Below, in pieces: positions 20,688-33,199 of a stretch of 64,000 nucleotides of DNA. The stretch covers positions 352,001-416,000 of the forward strand of contig CBDCXL010000001.1 in the NCBI GenBank assembly GCA_965223795.1. Reading direction: 5' to 3'. This DNA is from Nitrospinales bacterium. Its GTDB lineage: Bacteria; Nitrospinota; Nitrospinia; Nitrospinales; VA-1. The notes under the pieces are model-generated. The model did no database searches. It worked only from the letters and a program-made list of their open reading frames with translations, and was not told where the DNA came from. Made by a program: the position numbers and the translations under genes. Position 1 is the stretch's first letter. Each line of letters begins with the position of its first letter.

Positions 20688-21281
20688 GGCCCCTCCTTAA
20701 TGAAGACGTATTAATATTTTTATTTTCAAATTGTTTACGTCGTTCTTCGGCTGTAAACCCTGAGGCCGGCACCCCTGCGAGCCCGGGTTATGGAACCTCC
20801 GAATACCGCCCCTCCTTCAGGAGGGCTAATTGTTCAATATTTGCCTGAAAAACGCAATCAAAATCCGAGAACCAAAGCTGGGGCCGTTTTCATCTGGATG
20901 CCTGCCACGATTTTTGCCCGCAAGGAATCCACCCCAATTCTTAACCTATGGTGATTTACTCACTCTACCACTTATATTAAAAATTTCAATACCTTAATCC
21001 ACTTTTTCCGGTCTTTTTTGCTGTACTCGAATGTTTTCAAATAATTAAGATTAAACTTTTTTAATGAAAATCTCGAAAGCGGTCCCGCGGAAACGGTCTG
21101 AAAAACCGGGGTTTTGCGTTTTCCACGCCGAAATTCCGGAAAAACAGCCGGTAATAATGGCTTAACTTGCTGTTTTTATTAAAATTATTTAATTTTCGCG
21201 GACCGAGGGCTGATGTTCGGATATTCTGAGGGGCGAAATACAGGGGTTTCTACCTGCGGGATGCAGGCGGCCGGGAGGGGG

Positions 21282-21569
21282 TCACTCTTTCTTTTTGACG
21301 ATCTGGTATACGGTTTCGCCGGGCTTGACCCAGTTCAGCTTTTCGCGGGCGATTTTTTCGACGGCCCGGGGATCGGTCTTGAGGCCCTCGATCTCACCGC
21401 GGATGCGGCTGTTTTCGCGGGTCAGCGCTTCGTTGCTCTGTTTGAGCTCAATGATCTCTTCTTCCAGCTCGAACACGGTGAGGATGCCGTCGTCATGAAA
21501 CACGGCGACGAGGAGCATCACGATGAAGAACAGGAGTCCGAATACGAGGCTTTGCTTGTAGAGATTCAT
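21282..21569 (-). CDS. ftsB: Septum formation initiator FtsB/DivIC
   Basis: TM helix, coiled coil, EKIAREKLNWVKPGE; follows eno as is typical. Confidence 0.85.
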   Translation of the reverse strand: MNLYKQSLVFGLLFFIVMLLVAVFHDDGILTVFELEEEIIELKQSNEALTRENSRIRGEIEGLKTDPRAVEKIAREKLNWVKPGETVYQIVKKKE

Positions 21570-21639
21570 GGGTGTGGGTGGGGGCTCTCCTTTGCGCCGG
21601 CCGGCGGGTTGGATGGGGAGCGGGGAATAAACGCCGGCG

Positions 21640-22947
<1,308 letters not shown>

Positions 22948-24267
22948 TCAGCCCCGCGCTTGTTTCAGGGCGTTGTGATTGGCTTGGATGGTTTTTTCGA
23001 TATCGTCATCGGTATGAACGGCCGACATGAATCCCGCCTCGAACTGGGACGGCGCGATGTAGACGCCTTCCTCGAGCAGGGCGTTGAAGTAGCGCTGGAA
23101 CAGGCCGGTGTCGCAGGATTTGACGGAGTTGAAATCGACGATGTCCTCGCCGGTGAAAAACATGGAGAACATCGAGCCGATGCGGGTGAATTGCGCCTCG
23201 ACGCCGAGCTTCCCGGCGTTTTCCTTCAAGCCTGTGCAGAGGGCATCGGCTTTCTTTTCCAGGTCTTCGTACACGCCCGCGCCGCTCAGAAGATCGAGCA
23301 TCTGGTTGCCGGCGGCCATCGCCAGAGGATTGCCGGACAGGGTGCCCGCCTGGTACACCGCGCCGGTCGGGGCGATCCGGTCCATCCATTTTTTGGCGCC
23401 GCCGTACGCGCCCACGGGCAGCCCGCCGCCGATGATCTTGCCGAGGCAGGTGAGGTCGGGCGTGACGCCGTACAGCGCCTGCGCGCCGCCGAGGCCGACG
23501 CGGAAGCCGGTGATGACTTCGTCAAAGATCAGCAGCGCGCCGGCTTTTTCGGTGACGGCACGCAGGGTTTCGAGAAAGCCGGGCCTGGGCGGCACGACGC
23601 CCATGTTGCCGCCGATGGGTTCGACGATGACGCAGGCGATGCCCTCCCCTTCTTTGGCGAACAGATCCTCGACTGCCTTCGCGTCGTTGAACGGCAGGTT
23701 CAGGGTGTTCTTTGCCAGGTCGGCGACGATGCCGGGGCATTCGGGGATGCCCAGGGAGGCGAGGCCGGAACCCGCCTTGACGAGCAGGCTGTCGCCGTGA
23801 CCGTGGTAGCAGCCCTCGAATTTCAAGATCTTGTCGCGTCCCGTCGCGCCGCGCGCCAGGCGGATGGCGCTCATCACCGCTTCGGTGCCGGAGTTGACCA
23901 TGCGCACCACGTCGATCGACGGCACGGCGCTGACAACCTTTTCGGCGAGTTCGATCTCCAGTTCGGTGGAGGCGCCGTAGCTGGTGCCGCGCGCCGCCTG
24001 TTTCTGCACGGCGGCGACGATGTCCGGATGGGCGTGGCCGAAGATCAGCGGCCCCCAGGACGCCACGTAGTCGATGAAGGCGTTGCCGTCCACATCGTAG
24101 ATGCGCGCGCCTTCGGCGCGGTCGATAAAAATCGGGTTGCCCCCAACGGCCTTGAACGCGCGGACGGGACTGTTGACGCCGCCCGGCATGACCTTCCGGG
24201 CGCGGGAAAAAAACGTTTCGGATTGTTTACGATTCACTTTTCCTGGGACCTTTGTGGATTCAATCAT
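22948..24267 (-). CDS. hemL: Glutamate-1-semialdehyde 2,1-aminomutase
   Basis: [42 protein letters not shown]; exact start uncertain. Confidence 0.96.
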   Translation of the reverse strand: MIESTKVPGKVNRKQSETFFSRARKVMPGGVNSPVRAFKAVGGNPIFIDRAEGARIYDVDGNAFIDYVASWGPLIFGHAHPDIVAAVQKQAARGTSYGASTELEIELAEKVVSAVPSIDVVRMVNSGTEAVMSAIRLARGATGRDKILKFEGCYHGHGDSLLVKAGSGLASLGIPECPGIVADLAKNTLNLPFNDAKAVEDLFAKEGEGIACVIVEPIGGNMGVVPPRPGFLETLRAVTEKAGALLIFDEVITGFRVGLGGAQALYGVTPDLTCLGKIIGGGLPVGAYGGAKKWMDRIAPTGAVYQAGTLSGNPLAMAAGNQMLDLLSGAGVYEDLEKKADALCTGLKENAGKLGVEAQFTRIGSMFSMFFTGEDIVDFNSVKSCDTGLFQRYFNALLEEGVYIAPSQFEAGFMSAVHTDDDIEKTIQANHNALKQARG

Positions 24268-24328
24268 TCACTTGGGGCAACTCAGCGGCCTTCATTTCAT
24301 GCCGGCCGTTTCGTGCCCAAAATCGACT

Positions 24329-25195
24329 TCAGTTTTTTCCTGAGTTGCCAAACAAAAGGGCGAGGTCTTCTCTGAGTCCGGCGGGGATCCGCCTGGGATC
24401 CGTGATGACGGCGTGGGCGGCGGCGGAGCCGCAGGCGCAGCTTCGCTCCGGCTGCAACGCAGTCACGATTTCCTTCAGCACGACCTGAGCGCGTTCGACA
24501 TTTTTGTGCATGATTTCCAGCACGGCTTCCACGGTGACGGCTTCCTCCTCGACGTGCCAGCAGTCGTAGTCCGTGACCAGCGCCAGCGTAGCGTAGCAGA
24601 TTCCGGCTTCCCGCGCCAGTTTTGCCTCGGTGACGTTGGTCATGCCGATGATATCGACGCCCCACTGGCGGTACAGGTGCGACTCGGCGCGGGTCGAAAA
24701 CTGCGGCCCTTCGATGCAGATGTAGGTGCCGCCTTCATGCACCTGGGTGCCGGACTGCTTCGCCGCCGCGGTCAGCCAGGCCGCCAGCTCAGAGCATATG
24801 GGGTCGGCGAAGCCGACGTGCCCGACCATGCCGGTGGTGAAGAACGTGCCGATGCGGCGGGTCGTGCGGTCGATGAACTGGTCCGGAATGGCGAAATGTC
24901 CGGGGGCGATGCCTTCCTTCATGCTGCCCACGGCGCTCACCGAGACGATCCGCCGGATGCCGAGCTTTTTCAGGGCGAAGATGTTGGCGCGGAAGTTGAT
25001 CTCGGAGGGCGGGATGACGTGGCCGCTGCCGTGGCGCGGCAGAAAGGCGATCGATCTGCCGTTGAGCTCACCCATCACCACTTCGTCGGAGGGACTGCCG
25101 AAAGGCGTGTCGACGGCGACGCGCTCGCGCACGGTCAATTCTTTCATTTGATACAGGCCGCTGCCTCCGATCACTCCCAGTGTGTCTGCGCTCAT
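24329..25195 (-). CDS. mtnP: S-methyl-5'-thioadenosine phosphorylase
   Basis: GVIGGSGLY, LPRHG, EGPQFSTRAES, GMT, VTDYDCW. Confidence 0.93.
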   Translation of the reverse strand: MSADTLGVIGGSGLYQMKELTVRERVAVDTPFGSPSDEVVMGELNGRSIAFLPRHGSGHVIPPSEINFRANIFALKKLGIRRIVSVSAVGSMKEGIAPGHFAIPDQFIDRTTRRIGTFFTTGMVGHVGFADPICSELAAWLTAAAKQSGTQVHEGGTYICIEGPQFSTRAESHLYRQWGVDIIGMTNVTEAKLAREAGICYATLALVTDYDCWHVEEEAVTVEAVLEIMHKNVERAQVVLKEIVTALQPERSCACGSAAAHAVITDPRRIPAGLREDLALLFGNSGKN

Positions 25196-25335
25196 GGTCC
25201 GTCTCCTCGCTCGCTGATGGCTGATGGGCCCTTACTATAAACCAAGAGGCGGGAATTTCCCAAATCGCCGCCCTCGTCCCCGCCGCTGCGGGGGGAAGCT
25301 GTCGTGTTGAATGGAAGAAGGTTGCGGGAGGCGGG

Positions 25336-27624
25336 TCAATCGGATTCGAGCGAGGGCTTTTTGTTTTCAGCCTGGCTCAGCAGAAACTTCAGCTCGGCGA
25401 TCTGGTCGCCGGCGAGGCGGATGGTGGATTCCTCTTTCTTCAGGCTCTGGATCTTCATGTTGACGTCCTCGGCGAGCAGGTTGAGCCCGCTCAGGCGCTT
25501 GTCGACGTCGTCGAGCATGTCGATCTTGTTGTTGAGCGTGTCGATCTTGGACTGCGCCTCCTCGGTGACCGCGTTGAGCTTCTCGATGTTAAGGTTGATC
25601 TTGTTGAGGTTGTCGCGCTCTTTGTCGATGCGTTTCTTTTCCGAGTTGACGCGGGTGATGACGGTGTCGAGCCGGGACAGGGCGAGCTGGGTCTCGCGCA
25701 CTTTTTCCTCGCCCGCGCTGACCTGCTTGGTGCGTTTTTCCACCTGATTCATCAGGTTGTTGAGCTGCTCGATCTTCTTCTCCGCCTGCAGGATGAACTC
25801 CTCCTTGTCGTCGAGCACTTCCTGGCGGACCTTGAGGTCCTTGATGACGTCGTTGAGCTCGCTAAGCCGTTTTTCGATCATGCCGACCTGACCGGCCTCG
25901 CGGTTCAGCGTTTCGATCTTGGATTCGAAATTCGAAGCCACCTGGCCCAGCTCCTCGCGGATCGTGCTGATGCGGCTGATCTCATCCTTGGAGTCGTGCA
26001 ATTCCTTGAACTTGGAGCGCAGCTCGATTTCCAAAACACTCTGCTTGGAGGTCAGGTTGTTCATGCGTTTTTCCTGATCGTCGATGGCGGACTTTTCCTT
26101 GGCGATGTCCAGGATCTTCTCCTCGACGGAATTGGCCATCGATTTGAGCCCTTCCAGTTTCTGGTCGATTTTTTCGAGAAAGTCGATCTTCTTGCTCACC
26201 TTGGCGATCTTGATGTTGGCTTCCTCGATGAAGAAATCCAGCCCGTCGACTTTCTTTTCCAGCTTTTCGATCAGGGCCTTGCGCTGCATCTGGGTTTCCA
26301 TTTTCACGTCCAGGCTGATCACCATCGAGCTCAGGTCGTTGATCTTTTTGTCCACCTGATCGACCAGGTTCTGCTTGCGGATGATCTCGTCCATCTGCAG
26401 CCGGGTCGATTCGCCGACTTCCTCGATCTGGTGCAGCACACCCTTGATGGCGTCCACCTTGTGGATCTCCGCGTCGAGCCGGCTGACCTTGGATTCCGCT
26501 TCCTCGGCCATCACGTTGAAGCGGTTCATCTTTTCGTTGGCGGCGTCGATGTTCTTCATCTCCTCCTTGAGCAGCATCATCTTGTTGCTCAGGTTGTCCA
26601 TGAGGAAGGAGTTGAGCTTGTTGATCTTGTCCTCGGTCTTTTCGATGATGGCCTTTTCGTCGAGGATCTTGGTGATCTTGGTCTCCACGTCCACCGCCAT
26701 GGCGTCGAGGTCGCGCAGGCGGCCGCTGATGCTGCGGATCATCTCGTTCTTGACGGCGATGTTCTTGGACTCGACCTTGAGGTCGCTGATCTCGCCGCCG
26801 ATGCGCGTCAGCGCGTCCTGGGTTTCGTGCACGATGTGGGTCTGGCCGAGCAGCTTCTCATAATCCTCGCGCACGATTTCCAGGGTCTGCTTCAACTCTT
26901 CGGTGTCGCGGGCGTAACCGGAGATCGATTCCTTTTCGCGGTGGATGTGCTGGAACTTTTTGTCCAGCTCCTTGACGATCTGCTGCATCTCGCTGACCTG
27001 GACGGAGCCGTTTTTCATCATCTCCTTGAAGCTGGCGACTTCCTCGATCTTGTCGGAAACCTGATCGAGCATGTTCTCCAGGCGGCTGATGCCCCGTTCG
27101 GCGTTTTTGATCAGCTTGTTTTCTTCCTTGAGCTTCTTGACCTTGGTGTCCATGTCCCAGATCAGGACATTGAGGCGGCCGGCGTCCTCGTTGGCCTTTT
27201 CCACCAGCCCGCGCTGCTGGTGCAGGCTCTTGATCTTATGGTCGATGTGCTCGCTGAGCAGGTGCATCTCGTCGAGCTCGCGCTTCAGCGAATTGTAGTT
27301 CGACTCCAGTTCCTTGGAGATGCGCTGAAATTCCCGCACGCGCACGTCGAAGGTCTTGATGTCGTCCATCCTGTGGTCGAAACTGTCCAGCCGCTTGAGG
27401 GTGTCGGGAATCTGCGAGGCCATGCGCTCGAAGAAATGCTTTTTTTCGTCGAGGTCCTCGGACTGCTGTTCGAAATACTCGACCAGCAGTTGCAGGTTCT
27501 TGCGCTCGTGCGCCGCGGTCTCGAGCAAGTCCTTGAATTCCCTGGTGCTGAAATTCTCCGGTTCGAGCGGGCGGTCCCGGTCCAAATCCGAGCCGGGTCT
27601 GTAGGATTCTGGTTTATCTGGCAT
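25336..27624 (-). CDS. Long coiled-coil protein
   Basis: 762 aa, almost continuous E/K/L/I heptad pattern; no Walker motif, TM segment or signal peptide. Confidence 0.8.
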   Translation of the reverse strand: MPDKPESYRPGSDLDRDRPLEPENFSTREFKDLLETAAHERKNLQLLVEYFEQQSEDLDEKKHFFERMASQIPDTLKRLDSFDHRMDDIKTFDVRVREFQRISKELESNYNSLKRELDEMHLLSEHIDHKIKSLHQQRGLVEKANEDAGRLNVLIWDMDTKVKKLKEENKLIKNAERGISRLENMLDQVSDKIEEVASFKEMMKNGSVQVSEMQQIVKELDKKFQHIHREKESISGYARDTEELKQTLEIVREDYEKLLGQTHIVHETQDALTRIGGEISDLKVESKNIAVKNEMIRSISGRLRDLDAMAVDVETKITKILDEKAIIEKTEDKINKLNSFLMDNLSNKMMLLKEEMKNIDAANEKMNRFNVMAEEAESKVSRLDAEIHKVDAIKGVLHQIEEVGESTRLQMDEIIRKQNLVDQVDKKINDLSSMVISLDVKMETQMQRKALIEKLEKKVDGLDFFIEEANIKIAKVSKKIDFLEKIDQKLEGLKSMANSVEEKILDIAKEKSAIDDQEKRMNNLTSKQSVLEIELRSKFKELHDSKDEISRISTIREELGQVASNFESKIETLNREAGQVGMIEKRLSELNDVIKDLKVRQEVLDDKEEFILQAEKKIEQLNNLMNQVEKRTKQVSAGEEKVRETQLALSRLDTVITRVNSEKKRIDKERDNLNKINLNIEKLNAVTEEAQSKIDTLNNKIDMLDDVDKRLSGLNLLAEDVNMKIQSLKKEESTIRLAGDQIAELKFLLSQAENKKPSLESD

Positions 27625-27723
27625 GGTGGTTCCTGATGAATCTAGGGATGGATATGACGGAGGACAAAAAACGGCCCAATATTTATATGCTTATCGTCCG
27701 AATTTCTATAAGGTTTAGAGGAA

Positions 27724-28746
27724 TCAAGAAGATTTGCCGGTGAGGATTTCCGCGATCTGCACCGCATTGAGCGCGGCGCCTTTGCGCAGGTTGTCCGACA
27801 CCACCCAGAAATTGACCGCGTTTTCGCGGGATATGTCGTTGCGGATGCGGCCCACGTAGACCGCGTCCCTGCCCCCGGCTTCGGTGGCCAGCGGATAGGC
27901 GTTGTCCTCCGGCGCGTCCACCAGTTCGATGCCGGGGCTCTGCTTCAGAAGATGCTTGATGTCCCCCGCGGAGGCGGGCTTTTCGGTTTCCACGTTGACC
28001 GACTCGGAATGCGAGTAAAACACGGGAACGCGCACGGTGGTCGGGGACACCTGGATCGACTCGTCGCCGAGGATCTTGCGGGTTTCGTTGACCATTTTCA
28101 TCTCTTCTTTGGTGTAGCCGTTGTCGAGGAAGACGTCGATGTGCGGCAGGCAGTTGAACGCGATCTGGTGCGGATACACCTGCTTCTCCACGGTCTGGTC
28201 GTTGAGGATCTGCAGGGACTGGGTGGCCAGCTCGGCGACGGCTTTCTGGCCGGAACCGGACACCGACTGGTAGGTGGAGACGACGACCCGGCGGATGCGG
28301 TATTGCCTGTGTATGGGATTGAGCGCCACCACCATCTGGATGGTCGAGCAGTTGGGGTTGGCGATGATGCCTTTGTGGCCGCCGATGGCATCGGCGTTGA
28401 CTTCGGGCACGACCAGCGGCACGTCCGGCTCCATGCGGAAGGCGCTGCTGTTGTCGATGACGACGCAGCCGGACTTGACGGCGAACGGCGCGAACTGCTT
28501 GCTGATCGACCCTCCGGCGGAGAACAGGGCGATATCCATGCCCTCGAATGAATTTTCCTTCATTTCCAGAACCGGGTGTTCCTGTCCCTTAAACGGCAGG
28601 GTCTGGCCGGCGGATCGCGCCGAAGCGAGCAGCCTGAGCTGATCGATGGGGAACTTCCGCTCTTCCAGGATGGACAGCATCCTGCGTCCGACGGCGCCGG
28701 TGGCGCCGGCGATGGCGACGTTGTAGCGTTCTTTTCTGGCGATCAT
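27724..28746 (-). CDS. asd: Aspartate-semialdehyde dehydrogenase
   Basis: GATGAVG, DNSSAFRM, NPNCSTIQ, STYQSVSGSG, DNLRKGAALN. Confidence 0.97.
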   Translation of the reverse strand: MIARKERYNVAIAGATGAVGRRMLSILEERKFPIDQLRLLASARSAGQTLPFKGQEHPVLEMKENSFEGMDIALFSAGGSISKQFAPFAVKSGCVVIDNSSAFRMEPDVPLVVPEVNADAIGGHKGIIANPNCSTIQMVVALNPIHRQYRIRRVVVSTYQSVSGSGQKAVAELATQSLQILNDQTVEKQVYPHQIAFNCLPHIDVFLDNGYTKEEMKMVNETRKILGDESIQVSPTTVRVPVFYSHSESVNVETEKPASAGDIKHLLKQSPGIELVDAPEDNAYPLATEAGGRDAVYVGRIRNDISRENAVNFWVVSDNLRKGAALNAVQIAEILTGKSS

Positions 28747-28753
28747 GGCGATT

Positions 28754-29845
28754 TCACCCGGTTGATTTTTCCAGTTCCTCGATCACGAGGTCTCCCATTT
28801 TACGGGTCCCGACTTCCTGCATGCCATCGGAAAGGATGTCGGGCGTGCGGAATCCCCTGTCGAGCACCGCCTCCACCGCCCGCTCGATCCAGGCGTTGGG
28901 CTCCTCCATACCGAGGGAATATTTGAACAGCATGCCGACGGACAGGATGGTGGCCAGCGGGTTGGCGCAGTCCTTTCCGGCGATGTCCGGTGCGCTGCCG
29001 TGGATCGGCTCGTACATGCCGGTCTCGCCGCCGAGGCTGGCCGAGGGCAGCATGCCGATGGAACCGGTCAGCATCGAGGCTTCGTCGCTCAGGATGTCGC
29101 CGAACATATTGGTGGTCACGATGACGTCGAACTGTTTGGGGCGGCGCACCAGCTGCATGGCACAGTTGTCCACGTACATATGGTCGAGCGCGACGCCGGG
29201 ATAATCGGCGTGGGTGCGGGTCACCACCTCGCGCCACAGGCCGGTGGTCTCCAGCACATTGGCCTTGTCCACCGACATCACCCGCTTGTTGCGTTTCTGC
29301 GCGACCTCGAACGCGATGCGGGCGATGCGCTCGATCTCCGCCTCGGTGTAGACCAGGGTGTTGATTCCCCGGCGCGTGCCGTCGGGCAGGGTCTCGATGC
29401 CGCGCGGCTCGCCGAAGTAGATGCCGCCGGTCAGCTCGCGCACCACCAGGATGTCGAGCCCCTCGACCAGCTCGCGCTTGAGCGACGAGGCGTCGGCCAG
29501 GGCCGGGAAGATCTTGGCCGGGCGGAGATTGGCGTACAGCTTGAGCGACGAGCGCAGTCCCAGAAGCGCCCGTTCCGGCCGCAGGGAGAAATCCAGGCTT
29601 TCCCATTTGGGCCCGCCGACCGCGCCGAGCAGCACGGCGTCCGCATCCTGCGCCGCCTTGAGGGAGGCTTCCGGAAGGGGATGGCCTTCCGCTTCGTAGC
29701 CGGCGCCGCCCACCGGGACTTCGTTTTTTTCGATTTTGAGGCCCAGCTTCGCTTCGAGCACGGCCAGAACCTTCAACGCCTCGGCGATGACTTCCGGGCC
29801 GATGCCGTCTCCCGGCAGCACGGCGATGGTGTGTGTGTCCGTCAT
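28754..29845 (-). CDS. leuB: 3-isopropylmalate dehydrogenase
   Basis: [40 protein letters not shown]. Confidence 0.97.
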   Translation of the reverse strand: MTDTHTIAVLPGDGIGPEVIAEALKVLAVLEAKLGLKIEKNEVPVGGAGYEAEGHPLPEASLKAAQDADAVLLGAVGGPKWESLDFSLRPERALLGLRSSLKLYANLRPAKIFPALADASSLKRELVEGLDILVVRELTGGIYFGEPRGIETLPDGTRRGINTLVYTEAEIERIARIAFEVAQKRNKRVMSVDKANVLETTGLWREVVTRTHADYPGVALDHMYVDNCAMQLVRRPKQFDVIVTTNMFGDILSDEASMLTGSIGMLPSASLGGETGMYEPIHGSAPDIAGKDCANPLATILSVGMLFKYSLGMEEPNAWIERAVEAVLDRGFRTPDILSDGMQEVGTRKMGDLVIEELEKSTG

Positions 29846-30145
29846 AGGTGTTCCGATGAATTCAATAAAAGGAGGCGAAAACCCGCCGTGAAAACGATTC
29901 AGTATATCCGTAGAATGGCGGTTGTAAATGATTTTTTAACGCTTTCGTCTGGACGGGCCTGCCCTGAACTGCATGCCTGAGCGGGCGCAGATTTGTTCCC
30001 GATTCCGATAGTGCGTTGCCCTGATGCAGGATTTTTACGGCCGATTTGGAATTGCAGTGCCTGTGCACGGCTTGATAGGGTAAAATGTCTCATCCAAAAT
30101 CAATGTGTATGAATTGAGTCAAGTTCGATGCAAGGAGCTGTTGTC

Positions 30146-30628
30146 ATGAATATCGCTCTCCTTTCCATGCTGCTGGGGTCGGTCCTCACCGGGGCGGGGC
30201 CCGATACCATACAGGGTTACGCGGGCTTTCAGTTCGGCATGACTCTGGAAGAAGCGGACCGGGTGCGGCCCGATGACAAGATCACCGATTGCGAGTACGA
30301 GGACGACACCACGAGCAGCGATTCCAAATGCCTGGAGTACACCGACCGGTACCAGGGCGTGCCGAGCCGGTTTCTGGTGCAGTTCAACGAAAAAACCCAG
30401 CTCGTCGACCGGATCATCGTCATCGTCGACGCGATGGGCGACTGCGCCGATACGGTGGAGCTGGTGCACGAAAATCTGGCCGAGGATTACGGCCCCTCCC
30501 AGGCGGGCAACACGCGCAATAGGATCTGGCTGGACAAGGCGGGCGGCTCGGTGAAACTGTCGCATATGTGCGTGCGTGAAACGATGGGCATGGTGATCGT
30601 CACTTACAATGAAAATGCGCATTCCTGA
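30146..30628 (+). CDS. Hypothetical exported protein
   Basis: Signal-peptide-like N-terminus after a GGAG RBS; four Cys. Confidence 0.6.
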   Translation: MNIALLSMLLGSVLTGAGPDTIQGYAGFQFGMTLEEADRVRPDDKITDCEYEDDTTSSDSKCLEYTDRYQGVPSRFLVQFNEKTQLVDRIIVIVDAMGDCADTVELVHENLAEDYGPSQAGNTRNRIWLDKAGGSVKLSHMCVRETMGMVIVTYNENAHS

Positions 30629-31097
30629 CCGCTTTCCACATTTTCGCCGGCGTGCGATACGTTTTCCCGTGTCCGGCGCCGTCCTGCGCGTTTTTGCGCT
30701 GCTTGGGCTGCTGCTGTTCGGACCGGCGCTCTCGGCCTGGGCGGCGGGCAAGATCGAACTCAAGATCGACAAGGTGTACACCAACGAGATGGGCTGGCCA
30801 CATGCGGACGTGACCGTGACCAACAGCGCCGGCAAGGGATTGTACTCGGTGGACGTGGAATGCCACTGGACGAAGGACGGCACGCTGGTGGCGCGCGGCA
30901 TCCGCACCTACTTCAACCTGCCGGACGGCTGGAGCGATTCGGAAAAGGTTTACGACATCAAGAACGTCCGCTTCGACCGGGTGAAATGCCACATCCCGTC
31001 TTTCATGACCAACGATCAGAGGCAGGAATCCGAGCAGAAATTCGGCAAGGGGCTCACCCAGTTGAAAGACACGCTCAAGCAGCTGCAGAAGGATTGA
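30609..31097 (+). CDS. Hypothetical exported protein
   Basis: Signal peptide ending AWA; beta-rich body with a Cys pair; start uncertain. Confidence 0.6.
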   Translation: MKMRIPDRFPHFRRRAIRFPVSGAVLRVFALLGLLLFGPALSAWAAGKIELKIDKVYTNEMGWPHADVTVTNSAGKGLYSVDVECHWTKDGTLVARGIRTYFNLPDGWSDSEKVYDIKNVRFDRVKCHIPSFMTNDQRQESEQKFGKGLTQLKDTLKQLQKD

Positions 31098-31186
31098 ACA
31101 CGCACTTCCCCGCCTTGATTTGACCCGGCCGCCGTGCTATAGGAAAGGCCCATGAACGGCATCCCTTCCTTCTTTGTCTCCCGCAC

Positions 31187-31957
31187 ATGATTCAAGGCAA
31201 ACGCATCACGGTGGTCATGCCCGCCTACAACGCGGAAAAGACCCTGCGCCGCACCTACGAGGAGATCCCCAAAGACATCGTCGACAACGTGCTGCTCACC
31301 GACGACGCCAGCAGCGACCGCACCATCGAGGTGGCGAAGGACCTGGGCATCCGCACCTTCGTGCACGAGTCCAACCAGGGCTACGGCGCCAACCAGAAGA
31401 CCTGTTACCGCGAGGCGGTCAACCTGGGCAGCGACATCGTCGTCATGCTGCACCCGGACTACCAGTACACGCCCCGGCTCATCACCGCGATGGCGTCGAT
31501 GATCGCCGAAGGGGTGTTCGATGCGGTGATCGGCTCGCGCATTCTGGGAAACCAGGCGATGGCGGGCGGCATGCCGGTCTACAAATACGTTTCCAACCGC
31601 TTCCTGACGCTGGTGGAAAACTGGATCATCCAGCAAAAGCTGTCCGAATACCATACGGGCTACCGGGCGTTCAGCGCCGAGACGCTCAAGGCCATTCCGC
31701 TTCTGGAAAATTCCGACGATTTCGTGTTCGACAACGAAATGCTGCTGCAGGCGCTGTATTTCGGTTTCAAGGTGGGTGAGGTGTCCTGCCCGGCACGCTA
31801 TTTCCCCGAGGCGTCCTCCATCAGCTTCAGCCGCAGCGTGACCTACGGCCGCGGCGTGCTCACGACCGCCATGAAATACTTTCTCGCCAAACGGGGGCTG
31901 GCGTCGTTTCCCATCTTCGACCCGGACGGGAAAAAGCTTTCCGGAGAGACAGGATAA
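31187..31957 (+). CDS. Glycosyltransferase family 2 (DPM1-like)
   Basis: VVMPAYNAE, DDASSD, NQGYG, HPDYQY, GSR, GYRAFS. Confidence 0.92.
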   Translation: MIQGKRITVVMPAYNAEKTLRRTYEEIPKDIVDNVLLTDDASSDRTIEVAKDLGIRTFVHESNQGYGANQKTCYREAVNLGSDIVVMLHPDYQYTPRLITAMASMIAEGVFDAVIGSRILGNQAMAGGMPVYKYVSNRFLTLVENWIIQQKLSEYHTGYRAFSAETLKAIPLLENSDDFVFDNEMLLQALYFGFKVGEVSCPARYFPEASSISFSRSVTYGRGVLTTAMKYFLAKRGLASFPIFDPDGKKLSGETG

Positions 31958-32265
31958 CTGACTGGCAAAGACGAAAAGAAACTGGACAGGATGAACAGGA
32001 TTGAAAACCGATTAAGGCAAAAACCCCGCCTCGCGCAAAGCCGCTAAGACACAAAGAAAAGCAAAAGCTGTAGACAAGATGCACAGGATAAAAAATACTT
32101 GGCTCGGTAAAGTCCCCCTCACCCAAGCCACCTCCAGTATTTATATGAGCGGGTGGCAGAACAAGTTCTGCATTCAAGCCACCTTCCGGGTAATTCGTAA
32201 TGCGAGTGTCGAGCTTGGCTCGACGGAATCCTCTTCCCCCCTGAGGGGGGGAGGACAGCCCCTGA

Positions 32266-32294
32266 GTCATCCTGAGCTTGTCGAAGGACGAAGG
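32266..32294 (+). repeat. REP-like palindrome family copy
   Basis: GTCATCCTGAGCTTGTCGAAGGACGAAGG. Confidence 0.8.
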
Positions 32295-32484
32295 AGCTGG
32301 GTGAGGGGGATGAAAAAATCCTCCTATCGTATTCCGATATGGCTAACATTACATGTCCTTCGTATTTTCCGCTCAACCACCCAGTTTTTCTGCACATCTA
32401 AAATCGTTTCCGGTTCCGGCGCTGCGGCAGGAATAAACCGATTTCCCGGCCTCTCTTAATTTATAGAGTTTTCAATTCTCTTTA

Positions 32485-33144
32485 ATGGAGGCCGCTATGA
32501 CGTGCTCCTGCATCAAACGCATCCTCGCAACCGCACTGCTGTGTGCGTTCTTTTTGATTCCCCATTCTTCGTGGGCGGAAGGCAGTCTGACCCTGATCGC
32601 GCGCACGGACGAAGGCCGGCTGAAGATCGTTCTCAATGAGGAAAACGGCGAATTCTTCGGCGTGGCGCGGGAAGGCTGGATGGGCGTCACCGCTCTGGAA
32701 GCCTACCATGAAGACAAGGAGTTCATCCTCATCGTGGGCAACGACGTGTTCACGATCGAACGTTGGGACCTGGGCCGCTTCAAAACCTACGGCGGTGTCG
32801 TTCAGGACCAGCGGGGCATCTCCGCCCAGGCGGAAAGCCTGAATTCCCATCTCAGCATCGCCGGAACCATCGAAAACGACATGAACCGGCTTGTCGAATT
32901 TGAAGTCCTTGTGAATCGCAAGGAAGGGACATTCGAGTTGACCTGGGGAAAAAACACGCTGTTTCTGAAACGGACGACCGATGCAAAAAGCGGCGGCCCG
33001 GGGCGCTGCGAGGGAGGGCTGATCAAGATGGATTCGGAACTGTCCGGCCGGTTCTGGTGCAAGAGCTCCGGATCGCTGCAGGATGTCTTTTTCAAGGATC
33101 CCGATCACATCCTGGCGTGGATCGTCCTGCCGTTTGTGAAGTAG
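32485..33144 (+). CDS. Hypothetical exported protein
   Basis: Signal peptide ending SWA; beta-rich; flanked by REP-like copies. Confidence 0.65.
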   Translation: MEAAMTCSCIKRILATALLCAFFLIPHSSWAEGSLTLIARTDEGRLKIVLNEENGEFFGVAREGWMGVTALEAYHEDKEFILIVGNDVFTIERWDLGRFKTYGGVVQDQRGISAQAESLNSHLSIAGTIENDMNRLVEFEVLVNRKEGTFELTWGKNTLFLKRTTDAKSGGPGRCEGGLIKMDSELSGRFWCKSSGSLQDVFFKDPDHILAWIVLPFVK

Positions 33145-33199
33145 TGCGGCTCCTTTGAGAGTTTTGCATGAGGCAGTTCGATTAAGGCGAAGAACCCGA

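Noticed and set aside
25996..27636. 546-aa hydrophobic-looking plus-strand ORF
   Set aside because: Mirror of the K/E-rich coiled-coil gene; reverse-complemented Lys/Glu codons read as Leu/Phe
31950..32460. CRISPR array or protein-coding ORFs in the repeat-rich gap
   Set aside because: Repeats are short, irregular and not evenly spaced, no cas genes; the ORFs translate palindromic repeats
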